Assembly (NCBI GenBank): GCA_025060295.1 | Contig: JANXCH010000011.1 | Coordinates: forward strand, 178,446-242,445 | Length of the DNA stretch: 64,000 nt | From: Dehalococcoidia bacterium | Lineage (GTDB): Bacteria > Chloroflexota > Dehalococcoidia > Lucifugimonadales > HRBIN23 | Direction of reading: 5' to 3' | Part shown: positions 62,668-64,000 of the stretch, one piece after another | How the letters are laid out: each line of letters opens with the position of its first letter | Position numbering within the stretch: the first letter of the stretch is position 1 | The notes under the pieces: generated by a model | Databases searched by the model: none | Told to the model about the DNA's origin: nothing | The model's input: the letters and a program-made list of their open reading frames with translations, nothing else | Program-made: the position numbers and the translations under genes

Positions 62668-63009
62668 CTACAGCCCCAGTTCCTTGGGCACCTCGCCCTC
62701 GCGGGCGGCCTGAATCTGCTCCTTTACCGACTTAGGCAGTTCCATCCCGTACTCCTTGAACTTCTCCTCCACATAGCGCCCGATGTTGCGGGGGTCTTTG
62801 TAGTAGTCCAGGGTGGGGAATTGGGACGGTGGCCCACTCTCCTCGTGGATAGTCTGGATAGACTTGTGGTAAGCGAAAGGGGAGACCATCCGACGCATGT
62901 CTTTGCCCCCGCAGTGGGCGCACACCGGCTCCACCTGCTGGAACACCGAACGGGTAAAGAGGGTGGTAACCCGTTGGCACTGGCCACAGCGGTAGTCATA
63001 CAGGGGCAT
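62668..63009 (-). CDS. FmdB-family zinc-ribbon protein
   Basis: MPLYDYRCGQCQ...CAHCGG pattern. Confidence 0.7.
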   Translation of the reverse strand: MPLYDYRCGQCQRVTTLFTRSVFQQVEPVCAHCGGKDMRRMVSPFAYHKSIQTIHEESGPPSQFPTLDYYKDPRNIGRYVEEKFKEYGMELPKSVKEQIQAAREGEVPKELGL

Positions 63010-63018
63010 AGGCGCCTC

Positions 63019-63396
63019 CTACTCCTCGTCCTCCTCGCCCTCGGTATCCCCCTCGCCCGGCTCCTCCGGCTCCAGCCCCAGTTCCGCCCGCTCCCACTCG
63101 TCCAGTTCTGTATCCTCCCCCTCCGTCAAGGCCCCTTTGATCTTCCGCCCCCACTCCTCCATCGCCTCGGGATTGTCCTCATCCGCCTCGTTGAGCATCT
63201 CCTCCCCGGGGAAAGATGCATCCAGGCTGGAGCCCCACGAACGGTGCACCGCCACCGGGGAGAACAGGCGCTGGAGGCTGGGGCTACCACAGTGCTCGCA
63301 GTGCAGGGACGACGCCTCACTGACAGCCGCAAAGGAGCGGAAGAAGAAGGTGCTCTTACGCTGGCAGTCCCGACAGCGATACTCGTAAATCGGCAC
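63019..63396 (-). CDS. FmdB-family zinc-ribbon protein with acidic C-terminal tail
   Basis: (M)PIYEYRCRDCQ...CEHCGS pattern. The tail is E/D-rich (EPEEPGEGDTEGEEDEE). GTG 63396 follows GGGGGTGAG, with a possible TGcTACCAT extended -10 at 63425-63417. Confidence 0.7.
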   Translation of the reverse strand: MPIYEYRCRDCQRKSTFFFRSFAAVSEASSLHCEHCGSPSLQRLFSPVAVHRSWGSSLDASFPGEEMLNEADEDNPEAMEEWGRKIKGALTEGEDTELDEWERAELGLEPEEPGEGDTEGEEDEE

Positions 63397-63528
63397 GCAT
63401 CTCACCCCCCGTAGGCATGGTAGCACAGGCGCTTTTTGCTGGCGCTAGGCTCCCCCACCCCATTGCGCAACCGACGCCATCGGTGCACCATGAGGATGGC
63501 CCAACACACACCCGCCCAGGAGGCCCCT

Positions 63529-64000
63529 ATGCCCCGCACACCCGTCCCCATTCGTGTGGAGCGCTCCTTCCTGTCCGTCCCCGGCTCCAACTGGGGGATG
63601 ATCCAAAAGGCGGTGGCCTCCGAGGCCGATGCTGTTTACCTGGACCTGGAGGACGCCGTTGCCCCCAATCAGAAGGAAGCCAGCCGCCCCCTGGTGGTGC
63701 GCGCCCTGCGGGAACTGGACTGGGGGCGCAAGGTGCGGTGCGTGCGCATCAACGGCCTGGATACCCCCTGGGCCTACCGCGACCTGGTGGAGGTGGTGGA
63801 AAGCGCCGGCGACCGTTTGGACTGCATCGTTCTTCCCAAGACCAATCGCCCCGAGGATGTGGCCTTTGTGGACATCCTCCTGACGCAGATTGAACTGGCC
63901 AAAGGCTTCACCCGGCGCATCGGCATAGAGGCCCAGATAGAGACGGCCCAGGGTCTGGCGAACATTCACGCCATCGCCACAGCCAGTGAACGCCTAGAGG
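63529..64000 (+). CDS. HpcH/HpaI aldolase / citrate-lyase-beta (CitE)-like protein, 3'-truncated by window edge
   Basis: ATG 63529 follows an AGGAGG RBS. RSFLSVPGSN...ADAVYLDLEDAV...RINGLDT...LDCIVLPK matches the CitE/malyl-CoA-lyase family layout. The gene is absent from the ORF track because no stop falls inside the window. Confidence 0.8.
   Translation, partial: MPRTPVPIRVERSFLSVPGSNWGMIQKAVASEADAVYLDLEDAVAPNQKEASRPLVVRALRELDWGRKVRCVRINGLDTPWAYRDLVEVVESAGDRLDCIVLPKTNRPEDVAFVDILLTQIELAKGFTRRIGIEAQIETAQGLANIHAIATASERLE

Noticed and set aside
1-64000. Mobile elements, prophage, tRNA or rRNA genes.
   Set aside because: Reading both strands, I saw no transposase, integrase or phage-like ORFs, no terminal inverted repeats bounding an insertion, and no tRNA T-arm (GGTTCGAATCC-like) or rRNA signatures. 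A tRNAscan/Infernal run would be needed to be certain about small RNAs.

Overview
GC-rich, gene-dense bacterial chromosome segment with about 66 supportable CDSs. All calls come from reading motifs by eye; no searches were run. By eye I found no rRNA, tRNA, CRISPR array, transposase or integrase. The content is mostly housekeeping and respiratory. It includes an MFS/PP2C pair and a split MFE-2/HadABC-like SDR plus hotdog cluster. A tight array runs coaE, CbbQ/NorQ AAA+, Nudix, a giant CbbO/NorD-like VWA protein, a flippase-like protein and an FAD oxidoreductase. There is a stand-alone NuoEFG-like module, then tgt and ctaB. A shikimate block (aroE, aroC, aroK-aroB fusion) carries a decayed nucleotidyltransferase gene inside it. 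Further genes are rpsA-like, clpC, a Fur-family regulator with a NicO/UreH-like permease, dtd, a small catabolic island, tenA, truD, dnaE, surE, a translin-like gene coupled to thiE, and a 5'-partial CitE/HpcH gene at the right edge. A complete Alternative Complex III cluster is present with non-canonical gene order. The context (ACIII, translin-like gene, AGGAGG ribosome-binding sites, extended -10 promoters) suggests a thermophilic Chloroflexota-like organism; this is inference only. The items most worth a second look: (1) the orphan MoxR-class AAA+/VWA pair with an embedded CoA-type Nudix; (2) a three-member heptad-repeat coiled-coil family, two members of which sit as inverted paralogs bracketing the shikimate genes, all with TATACTGG -10 boxes; (3) a 360-nt structured non-coding gap with its own promoter-like element; (4) a Fur-family/Ni-permease operon with a perfect 12-bp palindromic operator; (5) gene-conversion tracts in two tandem paralog pairs. 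Many long ORFs in the supplied track are antisense or off-frame artefacts of high GC and were not called.
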